Source of the DNA: Schmidtea polychroa
Taxonomy: Eukaryota
NCBI GenBank assembly: GCA_044892525.1
Contig: CM097885.1
Location: forward strand, 37,510,001-37,574,000
Length of the DNA: 64,000 bases
Direction of reading: 5' to 3'
Position numbers and translations under genes: made by a program. Positions 1 to 12,700 of this stretch are shown here, piece after piece. The notes under the pieces are model-generated. The model saw only the letters and a list, made by a program, of their open reading frames with translations, ran no database searches and had not been told where the DNA came from. Positions within the stretch are counted from its first letter, which is position 1. Every line of letters starts with the position of its first letter.

Positions 1-683
1 ACCTAGATGTCGCTTCCGATACACTCACATAAAAACTTCCTGATGAACTACAGCCCATCCTCAATTGGCTCGAAGATAGTTACCTTGGTAGACGCTTTGG
101 AGGCAATCGCATACGACGTGCTCCTTGCTTTCCGCCCCCATTGTGGAATGTCTATAATCGCGTTCTAAATAACCAGGACCGCACAAACAATCACGCGGAG
201 GCTGCACATCGAAGACTTTAGACGGAGCTCGACGTTTCTCATCCTTCAATTTGGCGCTTTATTGACGGGCTGCGACGTGTCCAGAAGGGCGCGATGTCGT
301 CTACGAGGCGTATGTGGCAGGCACTTCAGCACCGGCAAAGAGACGCAAGTACATACAAGCTGATGATAGAATTTAGACATCGTAGAGTATCTTCGGGGAT
401 TGGTGCACAATTTCATAATGCAATAACTTTGAAAGTTTTCATCTAGATGTATTTTATTACGTTATTATGTAATTAAATGTTATTAAAAGTTTCATTTACC
501 TATTTTATTGATATTTTTTATTGATATTTTTTATGCTAATACTTTGAGAGTTTTTATGTAGATTTTGTTTATCAACATATATAAAATTTATTTGAATTTG
601 TTTGGGACTTAAGCAGACGGGACTGACTCGGATGGGACTGATTTGAACAGGACTGAATCGGTGGGACTGAAATGTCCCGCTCC
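1..683 (+). mobile_element. Mutator-like (MULE) DNA transposon, decayed 3' end with terminal repeat
   Basis: Hand translation of the + strand gives LPDELQPILNWLEDSYLGRR, FPPPLWNVYNRVLNNQDRTNNHAEAAHRRL* and SHPSIWRFIDGLRRVQK, typical of MULE transposase C-termini, with stops/frameshifts. About 5 GGGACTGA-like subterminal repeats lie at 602-670 and the element appears to end at ...AATGTCCCGCTCC (683). Confidence 0.7.
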
Positions 684-1689
684 GTAATAAACATATATGT
701 ATCGCTAGAAAAGTCATTACAAAAAATTGATGAATTAATGATAAAAAGTAAAACCAGTCATTTTGACTGGTCTGGTAATTCTAATGTTAAACCCTAGTGC
801 AATTAATATTTCTTGATTATTCCTTGCATGGGTGATAGGGTACAGACTCACATGAGCTCTTTCTAATCCATAAAACATTTGAAATTTGTGATAAAAAATG
901 GAATAGAAATCTGAATCTTTTGTATGATTTAACATATTTAAATTATATTTTATATACTTTTTTTTCTATTTATTTTCTTGTTTGCTTTATCCTTTAATCA
1001 TTAAGAATGTGTTTAATTAACGGGCATCTTCATATAGAAGATCGATATCGCAAGTAATATTAAATAATTTTGTTAAGTCGGTATTTTCAAAGCCAAATGG
1101 GGGACAAATGATTTGTCCGCTGAACTCGGGACAGTACCGCTTAGATAGGGACGTCTGGAAACTCTGTGTCATAGGCGTATCTTAACAATAATTTTTATGT
1201 TAATAGGTTAAATAATGTTTCTAAACTGATTGATAGATAAATGTATAGATTCTAGAACAGCGAATTATTCCAACTCTCATAAAAAATGAAGTAAATGCGG
1301 TAGAATGTAGATCAAGCATCCAAGATTTTTTTTTCGAAAACATCCAAATAAAATTTTATTAAAAAATTGTCCTAATCAAAAGTGTAATTTTTTTGCCATA
1401 TAAAATTTTTAATTTCACATTTTGTTTAAATCAATAGTTATATACAATTTCAAAATGTTGTTTTATGTCATAATTTAAATAAAATTATGCCATTTTAAAA
1501 TTTTTTGACAAAATGCACAAGTGTGAGGTTTTTTGAAAATCGATAATTATGTAAAGATCAGATTAAAAATTTGAAAAATGGGTCACTAATAAAATAATGA
1601 AAAACAATACAGAAAACCCAAATTGCAAAAATACACTCGAAAATCACAATATACAAAAAACAAAAAATTGTTAATTAAATAAATATAGA

Positions 1690-3400
1690 AAAGAGACTGA
1701 TTGAGGGTCAAAATAATGATATTGTCTATTTGATCTGACTCAATTTTATCTTTCAGCCATATCAAGATGTGAGCATATGGTAGTCCTCTCTTTTGCCATC
1801 CAACATCGTGCTGGTCCGAATACATGACTCTTGGTAATAATATTCATCATTTTTATGAGTTTTTGTCTAAAGACAAGTGCCAAGAGATCATGACGGTCGG
1901 AATGCGTTTGACCAACCAAGAGTTCTTGAATTTCTTGCCACTTGGGATTGCAGGTAAACGTTACGAATAAATCTGGTCTTCCGTAGTTTCTCACATATAT
2001 CATAGCATCTTGTGTATATTCGTGCATTTGACTTGGACTTCCAGTAAAGGTAGATGGAAGTATTACTAACTGACCAACATTATCTGTGTTACCATCATTA
2101 GCTATTGCCTCTTTCAGATGAATATAGTTTCTTTTGATTGAATCGTATAAAGTGTAGTCGCTCACTTTCAATCTTGGCATACATATCAACCACAAACTGG
2201 TGGAAAAGTTGGTAACACCTTAAAATGTGATTTACAGTTCCGATTCGCATCATTATTCTGTAAGCATAGAAGTCCATAGCCGATATTTTTTTGCGATTGA
2301 CAGGCATTTCAGTTGTTGAATCGGTTTGCATAAAGAAGAAATTATAGTCATCTTCTTCCTGTCAAAAGATGAGAGGATATTGCAAGGCATATGACCCGTG
2401 TGTTTCTGATACTCTTGGTAACTGATTGTTTTTCTTCTCTAAAACGATTTCCCGCTTGTCAAATTCATTACCAACAATGACGATAGCCACTTCATTTGTC
2501 AAGAGTTCATTAAGTCGCCGCGCGTGTTCACAGACAGGTTTCTTATTTGCTTGAATGACGACTCTGAAATCATCGGAAGGCATTCGTTCCAGACTAGACT
2601 TGAAAATACGAACATAGTCATTATGCTGATGTAGTATTTGCTGTAGTTCCGTAACGATATAATGCCGTGTACCAGGAATGTTATTGCAACGTTGTTGTGC
2701 TTCTTGTCGTGCGTACCCCATAAAGTAGATTTGAAGGAACTTAGGCTATTCATTTTCGTTTGGTACCAGAGATCCTACACGATGATAGACTTGACCTTGA
2801 ACCTTGAAAGTAGACATAAAGCCTGCTCACATATTTTCTTTGTGGCACCAAACGACACCATTTGAAAGCATGAGTTGTACTTTCTAATGTTGTCCAAGAA
2901 GGGCTTCGACTTTGATGTTGTTCTTGACATTTGTGATAACAACGGTTTAGGAGGGGCTGAAGCAATGGTAATTTTGCCTTACCATTGGAGCGACACATAC
3001 CTGGTGGTTCGCAAAGACACTTGAATGCATTACAATATGGGCGAATATTCTCCATTCTCCCAATATCAAGTTGAGGATAGCTGTCATAATTTTTAGATAT
3101 ATCATATTAAAATTCTTCTCGTTCTTTTAATATCCAACATGCTGCTCTTGTTGTAGAACACCTTGTTTGATCACCATCACTTCGAACTTGTTCTTGTTCT
3201 GGTGTCTCAGCTGCTCTTGCACCTGCATGTCTGGTTCGATCACCATCCCGCCAAACTTGTCTTTGTTCTGGATTATCAGTATTTAGGGATACTGCCATTC
3301 TTCTCGCCTCTGATGTGCTTCTTCCGAAAGAACTTCTTTTATGTCACTTTTTGTGATATTGTTAACAACTTTTAATTTTGTTTTCTCATCTTCTCATTTC
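1690..3400 (-). mobile_element. Helitron Rep-helicase pseudogene (5' half)
   Basis: Frameshifted fragments in the correct order: RAAETPEQ-type repeats, Cys cluster EPPGMC..NGKAKLP, AMDFYAYRIMMR, QFVVDMYAKIE, LPSTFTGSP..MHEYTQDAM.YVR.YGRPDLFVTFTCNPKW, and the HUH-region QKRGLPYAHIL. Truncated before the helicase. Confidence 0.9.
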
Positions 3401-4730
3401 TCGTTTTATAAGCAGAAATTCTATATTCGAATATTTAAATTGTTGGAAACAATTTTTATTAGTAATTGAGGATATTGATATTTATACAGTTAATTACACT
3501 GATATTTAGATAAATAACTAATAAAAAACGGTAAAAAATAAATATTTATTAATTGGTATGTTAATTTAAACATTAAACTTAAAACTGATATTACTTTGTG
3601 TGTATTAGTTACCAAATAAACCTGATACTGGAAATATTATTATTCACATAGATACTTAATGTAAAAATTGATAGGAAATCTAAAATCAACACATAATAGG
3701 TACTCACAGGATACTAAAAGAAAGATTGTGTGTATGCTTTTGTAAAATAAGGAATTTTGTAATATCAATCATTAAGGTAAGTTTTAATTGTTAGTTGCTA
3801 GAAGGGATTCATAAATTTGATTCATTTTTATATTTTTTTAATTAATTTAATTAAGATTTTAGAATAAATTATTGATTTAAGTTGTGAAGATAAATGCTTT
3901 TCATAAAAATTAGTGTAATTGATTGATTTTTAAGGAAAACTTTTAACATTCAAATGAATTGCTAAGGAATTGGTTGTTGAATAATTAATACATATTTTTA
4001 TTGATTGAAATTAATTGTAGGATTTTCAAATAAATATGAAAAATGTAATTAATTTTTTAATTAAAGATTGTAAAATGTGAATATTTAAATTATTCTAAAT
4101 AATGACACTAAATATCATAAAAAGATAATTAATGAGCAAAAGGTATAACAAAGGAACTGTAAACTCTAGTCAATATTAATCAAGTAAACTTTCAACCTAT
4201 TCATTAAAAATTCGAGTTTTCATTAATTAATTTGCCTAATTAGGTAAATAAATATTTCTAAATTGATATTAATATGAATATTTTCTTGAACGTAAATTAA
4301 TTAAAATTAATTCTTAAAAGTAAACTTAAGAATATATTCAATAATTTTGATTGGTTGTTTCATGTTAACAAAGAAATTAAATATGTTCTAAAAAGTAAAA
4401 TAATTTCTTAAAATTAAACTTACATGTATATTCACCTTCAATTGGTTGTTTCGTGTTTTCATTAACAAAAATTCAATATGCTCTACAAATGTAATAATAT
4501 TTACTAAGATCCAAAATACATACAGAATAGCAATTAGGTCCTTAAAAACTCTCATAATTGTTAGTCTTTTAAATGATTTTTGTAATAAAAAGAATAATTA
4601 AATTGATATATTTACTTTATCTCTATTTTATACTAATTTTATTGGTTCAAATTGTAAATAATTATAAATATTTTACTATTTATTTCCATTGCAATGAAAA
4701 TATTAAATATTATAAAAGTGAAATTAAATA

Positions 4731-5438
4731 ATGACAACAATTACTTGTATTATTTGTTTAGAAAACTGTTCGACTTCATTTGGTCATTTATCTGAATGTC
4801 GTCATGAATTCTGTGAAGATTGCATCAAAGGTTGGATGAACCATTCTTCTACTTGTCCATTAGATAGATCTGTACCAAAATTGTTAATTATATATAGCAA
4901 TCCTATTGAAAGAATTATAAAAGAAACAATTACAATTATACCTAAATCTACAAATGATTATGATAATTCAAATGAGTTTTCATATGTCTACGAATCTGAC
5001 ATATCAGATGAAGAATCTGATGATGAAGAAATGGACAATCCAAGTGATATAACATACACGTGTGACTCAGAGGAAGATGAGAAAGAGGAAGAGGTAGATG
5101 ATGATAACATTGATAATAGTGATAGTAGTGATAGTAGTGATAGTAGTGATAGTAGCAGTAGTGATGAAGATGTAGAAAGTGCAAGTGAAAGTGAAAATGA
5201 AAGCACAAATTATGAAATTTACGATAGTAAGTCAAAAAGATTAAATCCTATTGCCAGGCGATCATATTCACTACGAAACAAAAAAATTAATAAATATCTT
5301 ATTGAAGATGATGAAAAGGATATTAAAGGTTCAAACCAAAAATCAAAAACTAGTATCAGTAACCATAATTATATAGAAACTTCTTGTCAACATTCGTATG
5401 CTTTGCGCAATAGAAAACCTGTTAATTACTCTGAATAA
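4731..5438 (+). CDS. Intronless RING-finger protein (putative E3 ligase) with acidic/Ser-rich middle and basic C-terminal motifs, 235 aa
   Basis: N-terminal CIIC...CRHEFCEDC...CPLDR RING. D/E/S tract partly encoded by GATAGTAGT repeats. TATAAAA about 20 bp upstream, ATTGG boxes upstream, AATAAA downstream. Confidence 0.75.
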   Translation: MTTITCIICLENCSTSFGHLSECRHEFCEDCIKGWMNHSSTCPLDRSVPKLLIIYSNPIERIIKETITIIPKSTNDYDNSNEFSYVYESDISDEESDDEEMDNPSDITYTCDSEEDEKEEEVDDDNIDNSDSSDSSDSSDSSSSDEDVESASESENESTNYEIYDSKSKRLNPIARRSYSLRNKKINKYLIEDDEKDIKGSNQKSKTSISNHNYIETSCQHSYALRNRKPVNYSE

Positions 5439-5485
5439 GTAGCTAATTAAGAAATAGTCTTTCAAAAATTAAATTTTTTACTAAG

Positions 5486-5533
<48 letters not shown>
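5486..5533. repeat. (ATT)n microsatellite
   Basis: Direct reading of the sequence. Confidence 0.95.
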
Positions 5534-5535
<2 letters not shown>

Positions 5536-5659
5536 TAATTGTATTAATTATATAAATTTTTTTTAATAAACACATTTCATTTTAAAAATTATAATTAAAA
5601 TAATATATAATTTTTAAAATTTTAACATTTAGAATTTAATTTAATAATTTAATAATTTA

Positions 5660-5935
5660 TTTAAAAACATTTAAAACACAAGTATTCACTGCATTCTGTA
5701 CATTAATTTTCGAATTCAATGACTTCATCAATAGCGCCTCACAAATTACACGTTCCCAATATTATCAAAATATTTTAAAAAATTTTAAAATCAGACATAC
5801 CTATTTTACTCTTATAGCCCTTATTGTGTTCAGTAATATTGGTATGCTCTCAATCTTGAATACAGAGATGACGGGAAGTCTCTCACCCATAACATGTAAA
5901 GTTATAAACGAGATCAGAACATGATTTTAGATTTA
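5660..5935 (-). mobile_element. Penelope-like retroelement 3' fragment (GIY-YIG end)
   Basis: Paralogous to 7140-7560 (shared TACAGAGATGACGGGAAGTCTCTC and GTATTCACTGCATTCTG). Further 3'-end copies at about 35075-35135 (-) and 46625-46900 (+). Confidence 0.65.
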
Positions 5936-6479
5936 TTATTTATTATTTATTTAACTTATTATTAGACTTATTATTTATTTAACTCATCAAGCTCACACAC
6001 CTCAACAAAATCACAACCATATTTCGTCAAACATGGGTCCTTAGGATTTTTAATAAATTTTTCAACAGTGTTTCTTTTACCATAATTAATTTTGAATAAC
6101 CATTCTTCATTAACAATTCAACCAATTTTTTAACACTTAATGAATTTACAAAAGTAGAAGACAAAGACTGAACGTATAAATCAACCTCTTCACCATATTT
6201 CTTTAATACTTGAACTAGCTGAGGTACACGAGATCGTCGAAGAGACAACAATGTCACTGGAATCATTGTATAGTTAATTATATTTTCCGTATTATTAGTT
6301 ACTTTTAATAAAATATACAGTTGAAATAAATTTATTTTTTCATCACAATGCAGTATGATATACAATGTTTCGGATTTTACCGTCAGGAGCAAAAGTTTAG
6401 AAATTCTTCCTAGTTCCTATTCTTGAAAACGCCACATAAGGTCCATGGGAAAAGCTAGTTCCTAGATTAATACCAGTAA

Positions 6480-6615
6480 CTTTATTGAAGATGATGAAGA
6501 GGCCAAAAATCAAAAAATCAGTATCAGTAACCATAATAATATAGGAACTTCTTTCCACCATTCGTATGCATTGGCAATAGAAAACCTGTAAATTACTCTG
6601 AATACGGAGCTAAAT
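6480..6615 (+). pseudogene. Degenerate duplicate of the 3' end of the RING gene
   Basis: Aligns by eye to 5298-5450 (ATTGAAGATGATGAA...AGTATCAGTAACCATAAT...CATTCGTATGC...GCAATAGAAAACCTGT.AATTACTCTGAATA) with indels. Confidence 0.8.
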
Positions 6616-6663
6616 AAAAGAACGTCCGAGATGTATGTTCGGGAAGAGGAATGCTTAATTTTG

Positions 6664-6761
6664 TTTTAAATAATAAATGCTGCTACCAAGAAATCATCAC
6701 TTTATAATAATAATAAAGTATTACATGATGATTTCTTGGTAGCAGCATTTATTATTTAAAA
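6664..6761. repeat. Perfect ~36-bp inverted repeat (hairpin mini-element)
   Basis: TTTTAAATAATAAATGCTGCTACCAAGAAATCATCA, 26-nt spacer, then the exact reverse complement. A half copy lies at about 53457-53485. Confidence 0.9.
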
Positions 6762-7139
6762 AAATAAAGTGATAATTTAAGTTTTTGCTGCAAATAATGT
6801 ATTTAATGAAAAATTTTCGACTATAAGATAGTCCTTGTCAATCTCCTGGAATTTTGCAATCTTATTAATATTGAAAAAAATTCCATTCGTACATCTTTTT
6901 CACTTTATATTTCGATAGCATCACTATCATCGTCAGGTTACCTACATTCACTAGGGATGAATAACTATACTATATTGATCATTTATAAACAAATTATTAA
7001 ATCTATAAATTCTTAAATTATAAATAACAATTTAAAATAATTATTTTCAAAAATAAGTTTCAACAAACAATAATTTTTCACTTTTAAAATTCTTTAAAAA
7101 ATATTATTTTTTATCTATTTAACATAACTATTATTTAAT

Positions 7140-9010
7140 ATACATCAACATACAAAAACTTAATTAAAAACATTCAACACACACGTATTCACTGCATTCT
7201 GCACATTGATTTTAGGGTTATAAATTCTTATCAATAATGTTTCACATATCACACTCTCAAAGCAATTATCAAACTTTTTTGATAAGATTTTAAAATCCGA
7301 CATTAATAATTCTCGCATGCAGACTTTATTATAATCCTTAATATTGGACACTCCCCCTTCGGTCGACAATGTTCTTAAACTCGAGTACAGAGATGACGGG
7401 AAGTCTCTCCAATGTATGTGGCATTACTCCAATTACATGTGAATTGATAAACGAGATCCAAAAACGACCCAATCGGAATATGAGATTTATTAACAAACAT
7501 ACTACGTACTTTGCACGATTTCGAAACAATTATATAATTCAATTTACCCAGCTGTTAACATATCTTTCTTTTGAAATATTTATATCAGGGGTGCCCACTA
7601 ATTTTTCTAGGAGAGCTACATTCACATCTACTTTTTTAATACTTACATAATATTTACCTACAATGCAATAAATTCATCACAATAAAACAAATATATGTCA
7701 AAATATGGAAAATTAAACTATATAACTATTTATTATAAAAAAATGTAACTTAGGAAATCAAATTTAATGAAAATTATTTTTATATAGAACTTTTCAATGT
7801 TGATGCTTTACATTGGGTTGAATCCACTAGATTTTTGTAGTTTGGGATATAAGTGCTAAGACAACTTCTTAGGCTGGATTCCAAATGGTCATCTGTTAAT
7901 GTTGCTCGGTACTTTGACTTTATAATTTTCATATGTGAAAATGCAGACTCACATAAATAAGTTGAACCAAAAAATGATACTAAATTTTCGAAGCATTTTT
8001 TCAAGTTTGAATATTTATCCTCTGATAGATATTTCCATACATTTGGTTCGGAAGATCTTGATTAATGAAGATATTATTTTGAAGTGTGATTATTTCCATT
8101 TCAAGTATAGGGATATCCATTTTAAACAAAGTTGAAATTGAATCTGCAACAATTTCTGGTTTTATTTTTGGATTAAACGGAAAGGACATAAATGCAGCCA
8201 CAATTTCAAGTTTCTTGAAGTCTTGAAAACGTCTCTCGAACTCTAAAACCAAAATTTTGATCTGTTCCGCATATCTCGTAATATTAAAGTTGACATTTTC
8301 AGATTCTTTTAATTGTGACAACATATTTGGAAAATAACTTAAATTTTTGTCTTCTATTTTGGTAATAAGTAAATGAAGCTTTTGTATAAATGCATTGATT
8401 GAACTTATCATATCGAATATCAATTTATCCTTACCTTGTAAGTCGAGATTTAATTCATTCAGAATTGCAGTAATATCTACTAAAAATGCCAAATCCAAGA
8501 GAATGAATTGTCTTGAAATGCCTTTCCAAATTCCTTCTTTTTGGTAATGAAATAGTAGCTTTACAAATTAAGCAACAACATTTACCTTTAATCATTACAA
8601 AAAAGTACTCCTTCTCCATTTCTTCGCTATAATGATAAGTCTTGGCTTTTTTATTTAGCATTTTTAAACAAAATTAATTTAACAAAAAAGCTTAAGAAAA
8701 TTTTTCACTTTGTTACACAAAAATTCAAGCATAAAACAGAAATTTTATATAAAATCTAAATTTATATAAAAAATATTTTTTTAAGAAGATCTACTAAAAT
8801 ATCCTTCGCGATCTACCGGTAGATCGCGATCGACCTTATGGGCACCCCTGATTTATATCCTTCAGAATACGGCAATACCATCGTATATTTTAGCTCATCT
8901 TGTTTGTTGGTATCAATACTCATATTCTCTAAATCATTAAAAATCCATAAAATGTAACAATAAGACCTGACATTTAGCACGATACGGAACCGAGTAAAGA
9001 TATTCATTTT
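7140..9010 (-). mobile_element. Penelope-like element remnant (RT linker + GIY-YIG), interrupted by a hAT insertion
   Basis: Minus strand reads MVLPYSEGY (8850-8890), then after the hAT KSCKVRSMFVNKSHIP..LVYQFTCNWSNATYIGETSRHLCTRV*EH and DFKILSKKFDNCFESVICETLLIRIYNPKINVQ, the GIY-YIG pattern of Penelope-like elements. Confidence 0.75.
7586..8850 (-). mobile_element. hAT (GTF2IRD2/SPIN-like) internally deleted transposon
   Basis: TIRs CAGGGGTGCCCA / TGGGCACCCCTG with perfect 8-bp TSD ATTTATAT (7578-7585, 8851-8858). Encodes the N-terminal CLIC..LERHFKTIH directly joined to C-terminal DLAFLVDIT..LNELNLDLQG and STYLCESAFS; the catalytic core is missing. Confidence 0.92.
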
Positions 9011-9726
9011 AATAAAAATGATATTAATCGGTTATATAAAAATAAACCCGACAGTGGATAATTGGAATATATTTTACTTTTTAGTGCCAAAATCTTAACA
9101 AATAGTGACGACAGATGTATATATCAGTTCACCAATGTGCATTAGTCTAAATGTGTTAACTGCAAGTGTCGACTGACCGGAGCGATCGGATTACGCTCTA
9201 ATTACTAAATTATGGAAAATAACTGTAAGACTTTAAAGTACCGTTAGGTCGAGTTAATCCTTTTCTTCTCCAAATGTAATATCTTGTGAGGGAGGATTAC
9301 GAGCACCATAGTAACAAATCTAATTTGTAAAAATTTCGGCAATATGCGTTTAGAATAATATTTCTTATTATCAAAAACTTACTCATGATCAATAAATCCA
9401 TAAAATGTGACAATCGAGACGTGACATTTAGCACGATACGGAACCGAGTAAAGATATTCATTTTAATAAAAATAATAGTAATCGGTTATATAATAATAAA
9501 CCCGGCACAAATAATCCACCAATAAAATTAATGAAAAGTGAAAGTCAAAATTTATTTACCTAAAAGATAACAGTCGTGACAAAAATCGATATCAATAAAA
9601 ATTAATAATTTCCATAAGACATTTATGTTTCAATATAATTACAGACAAAATACGGGAGTTATTTCGGCTAAAAAAATTCGGCTAGTAAAAAATCAATATC
9701 GAAGAAGCATGTGTTTAGTAAATTGA

Positions 9727-12700
9727 TTAATTTGCGTAATAATCGACATCGTCGTCATCGTCATCATTGTCAGCGTCCATTTCGTCGTCGTCACTCTTCA
9801 TTTCTTCTTTTTTCAGTCGCTTATGAACACTTTTTCGAGCGGATCTCGGAGGAAGACTATCAGAAGCTTGAGATAACTCATCATCGAAAGGTCGAATCTT
9901 TGCTGATTTGTGAGCAATACCAACTGATGTGGCGGCGGCGGCGGCGGCTTGTTGATGTGCGCTGGAAGAGTCTTCTGCAATTGTAATAATAGCGATTATC
10001 GGTTATTTATCTGCTGTGATAATTTATCAAGGATCAATGAACTGGGATTAAGTGGTTAGCAAGAATGATATAATTCCATTTCTGTTTTATATTCGAACTT
10101 ATTGTGAATGCAATTTTAATAAGTAGTTGATTATCTATTATATTTTCAATAAAATTATTGAATATTGATTATATTGTCGATAAAATTGTTAATTATTGAT
10201 TATTTTTAGGTAAATGTTGATTATTGATTGCATTTAAAATTAACATTGAATATCTATTATATTTTCAAAAAATTTTTGAATATTGATTATATTTTAGGTT
10301 TATTGATTGCATTTTTAAATAAAATTATTGAATATCTATTATATTTTCACAAAAAAATGTTGAATATTGATTATATTTTAGGTTATTGATTGCATTTCAA
10401 ATTAATTTATTGAATATCTATTATAATTTTAAAAAATTGTTATATATCGATATTTTCAATTAAATTGTTAATTGATTATATTTATAATAAAATTGTAATT
10501 ATTGATTATATTTTAGGTAAGTGTTGAATATTGATTGCCTTTTTAAAAATATTTGTGCAATTGAATTTTACCGATTTCAATTACCGATCTCAAGTCTAAA
10601 GATGAAGGAAATTGACAATAGATCAATGGTGAGGACATGAGATTCTAATGATAAAAAAGTGACAAATGTGGTTGATTAATACAATAATCTGGTTGACAAA
10701 ATTAATAATTTTAATAATAAATAATAATTGGTCAAATTGTAAATCGATGATTCTAAAATTAAAAAATAATTTTCCGGAAATTTAGTTTTCCTTGTGAATC
10801 CAAAACTTTGGAATATATAAAAAAAATGTTTTAAAATGACCGCGCCGAAATTTCAAATATTTAAACAACTCAAAATTGCCTTAGAAATAACCCAACTAAA
10901 AATCTGATAATTTTCCCTGTTTATATATAAATTTTTTCTTATTGATTTAAAATTATTCGTTTGAAAAAAAATTTAAAAATCAATAAAAAATATTTTCTCA
11001 AAATAACAATTTCCCTCTCATTTATAGACTAACAATATATATATATATATATATATTGGAAAAATGTTTATTCTTACCCAATAAATTTCCATAACAAAAA
11101 TCAATATTTATCTAAATATGGATTAAAGTTATAAAATGAAATATTGTCACAAAAATGTCATTTACTTTTATATTACGAATTTTATTTTCAATATGCAACG
11201 TAAACTACTTTCGACACTGCCTTTTTCAAGGATTATAAAAAGACAGTAATGAATAAAAATGAAATTTTGAAAGAAAATTAAAAAAATCAAAGATGAACAA
11301 AAAATTGATTTTTCTGATAAATGTTTGTGAATATTGTGAAAAAGATCAAAATAGATGACAGTAAGAATTCATAAAATAGTTTACAATAAATGGGAATGGA
11401 GAGTAAAATCAACTACTGAAGTGTCCATTTAAATCAATATATTTATGTCTAAAATCAATTATTTCTGTATTTTGATGTTAGTTTTTTGATTTATTAATTG
11501 ATATTAAAGGCTCAATAAAAATTCAAATTTTTTAACAAAATAAATATTACCCATTAGAAATTCAATAAAAATAATTTCTTATATACAAAGTAGATAATGG
11601 ATCGATAAATTTCAATTTGTGTAAAATCAATTATTTTGGGATTTTTGCTGTAATTTTATCCATTTATTAATTAATATTGCTAAATAGGTATTTTTCAATC
11701 GATTTCAGTATAAAATAATACAAAATGCATTAAATCAATTTAAATTCAAAAAGAGAAAATAATACAATACAAATAATTCAAAATAAATTCAATAAATTGT
11801 AAAAAGCGCCATAACTAATGGTTTTCTATATGTTCAATAATAATATTATTAATAATAATCATTTTCTAAAAATTTATTGATAAATTTCTTCTAATGTGTA
11901 AAATCAATTATTTCCCGAATTTTGATGTTATTTATTGATTTATTAATTAACATTGCAAAATAGATATTTTCCAGATAATTTCAATATAAAAATCGATAAT
12001 AATTTCTAAAAATTCAATATAAATCAAATATAGAAAATAATTTTTAATATAAAATTAACCAATAGAAATTCAATAAAATAAAAAATCCTTCAATAATAAT
12101 AATTTCCTAAAGGCCTAATACAAAATGGATCGATAAATTTCTACATGTGTGTAAATTCAATTATTTTAGGAATTTGTATGATATTTTATTGATTTATTAA
12201 TTATTATTGGTAAATAAATGCTTTTCACCTCATTTCATTATAAAAATCAATAAACATTACATTAAATTTCAAATATAGAAATTTAATAATAAAACAAATA
12301 TTAGCCAATAGAAATTCAATAAAAATTGAAAAAGCGTAAAACTAGCCTTCATCACCTTCTTCTTTGATTTTTGTATCTGACTGCTCGCCAATTTCACTCA
12401 GAGTATCGGGTTTACTGGTGGATTTGTTGTGGGACTTTGAAGAAGAGGATCCATTGATTTCCATCATTTCTAGTTTCTCGCGCGCGTTCGACCAAACCGA
12501 CTGGAGAATGATGGAATCTTCAAAGATCTGTAAAGAAAAAAACAAGGAGAGAATTGCTGCCTATCTAGGAGAGCATAAATATCCCTACCAAACTGCCGTC
12601 CATGTTGTAGGTTTGAGCATTTTTACACAATACAAAAATATCCGACTCCAAATCGTCAATGGAGCGGTATTTGTTGTCCTTCAATCGCTGACGAATTCTC

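Noticed and set aside
1095-1166. Single hAT-like terminus (...GGGACGTCTGGAAACTCTG)
   Set aside because: No matching second end or TSD found.
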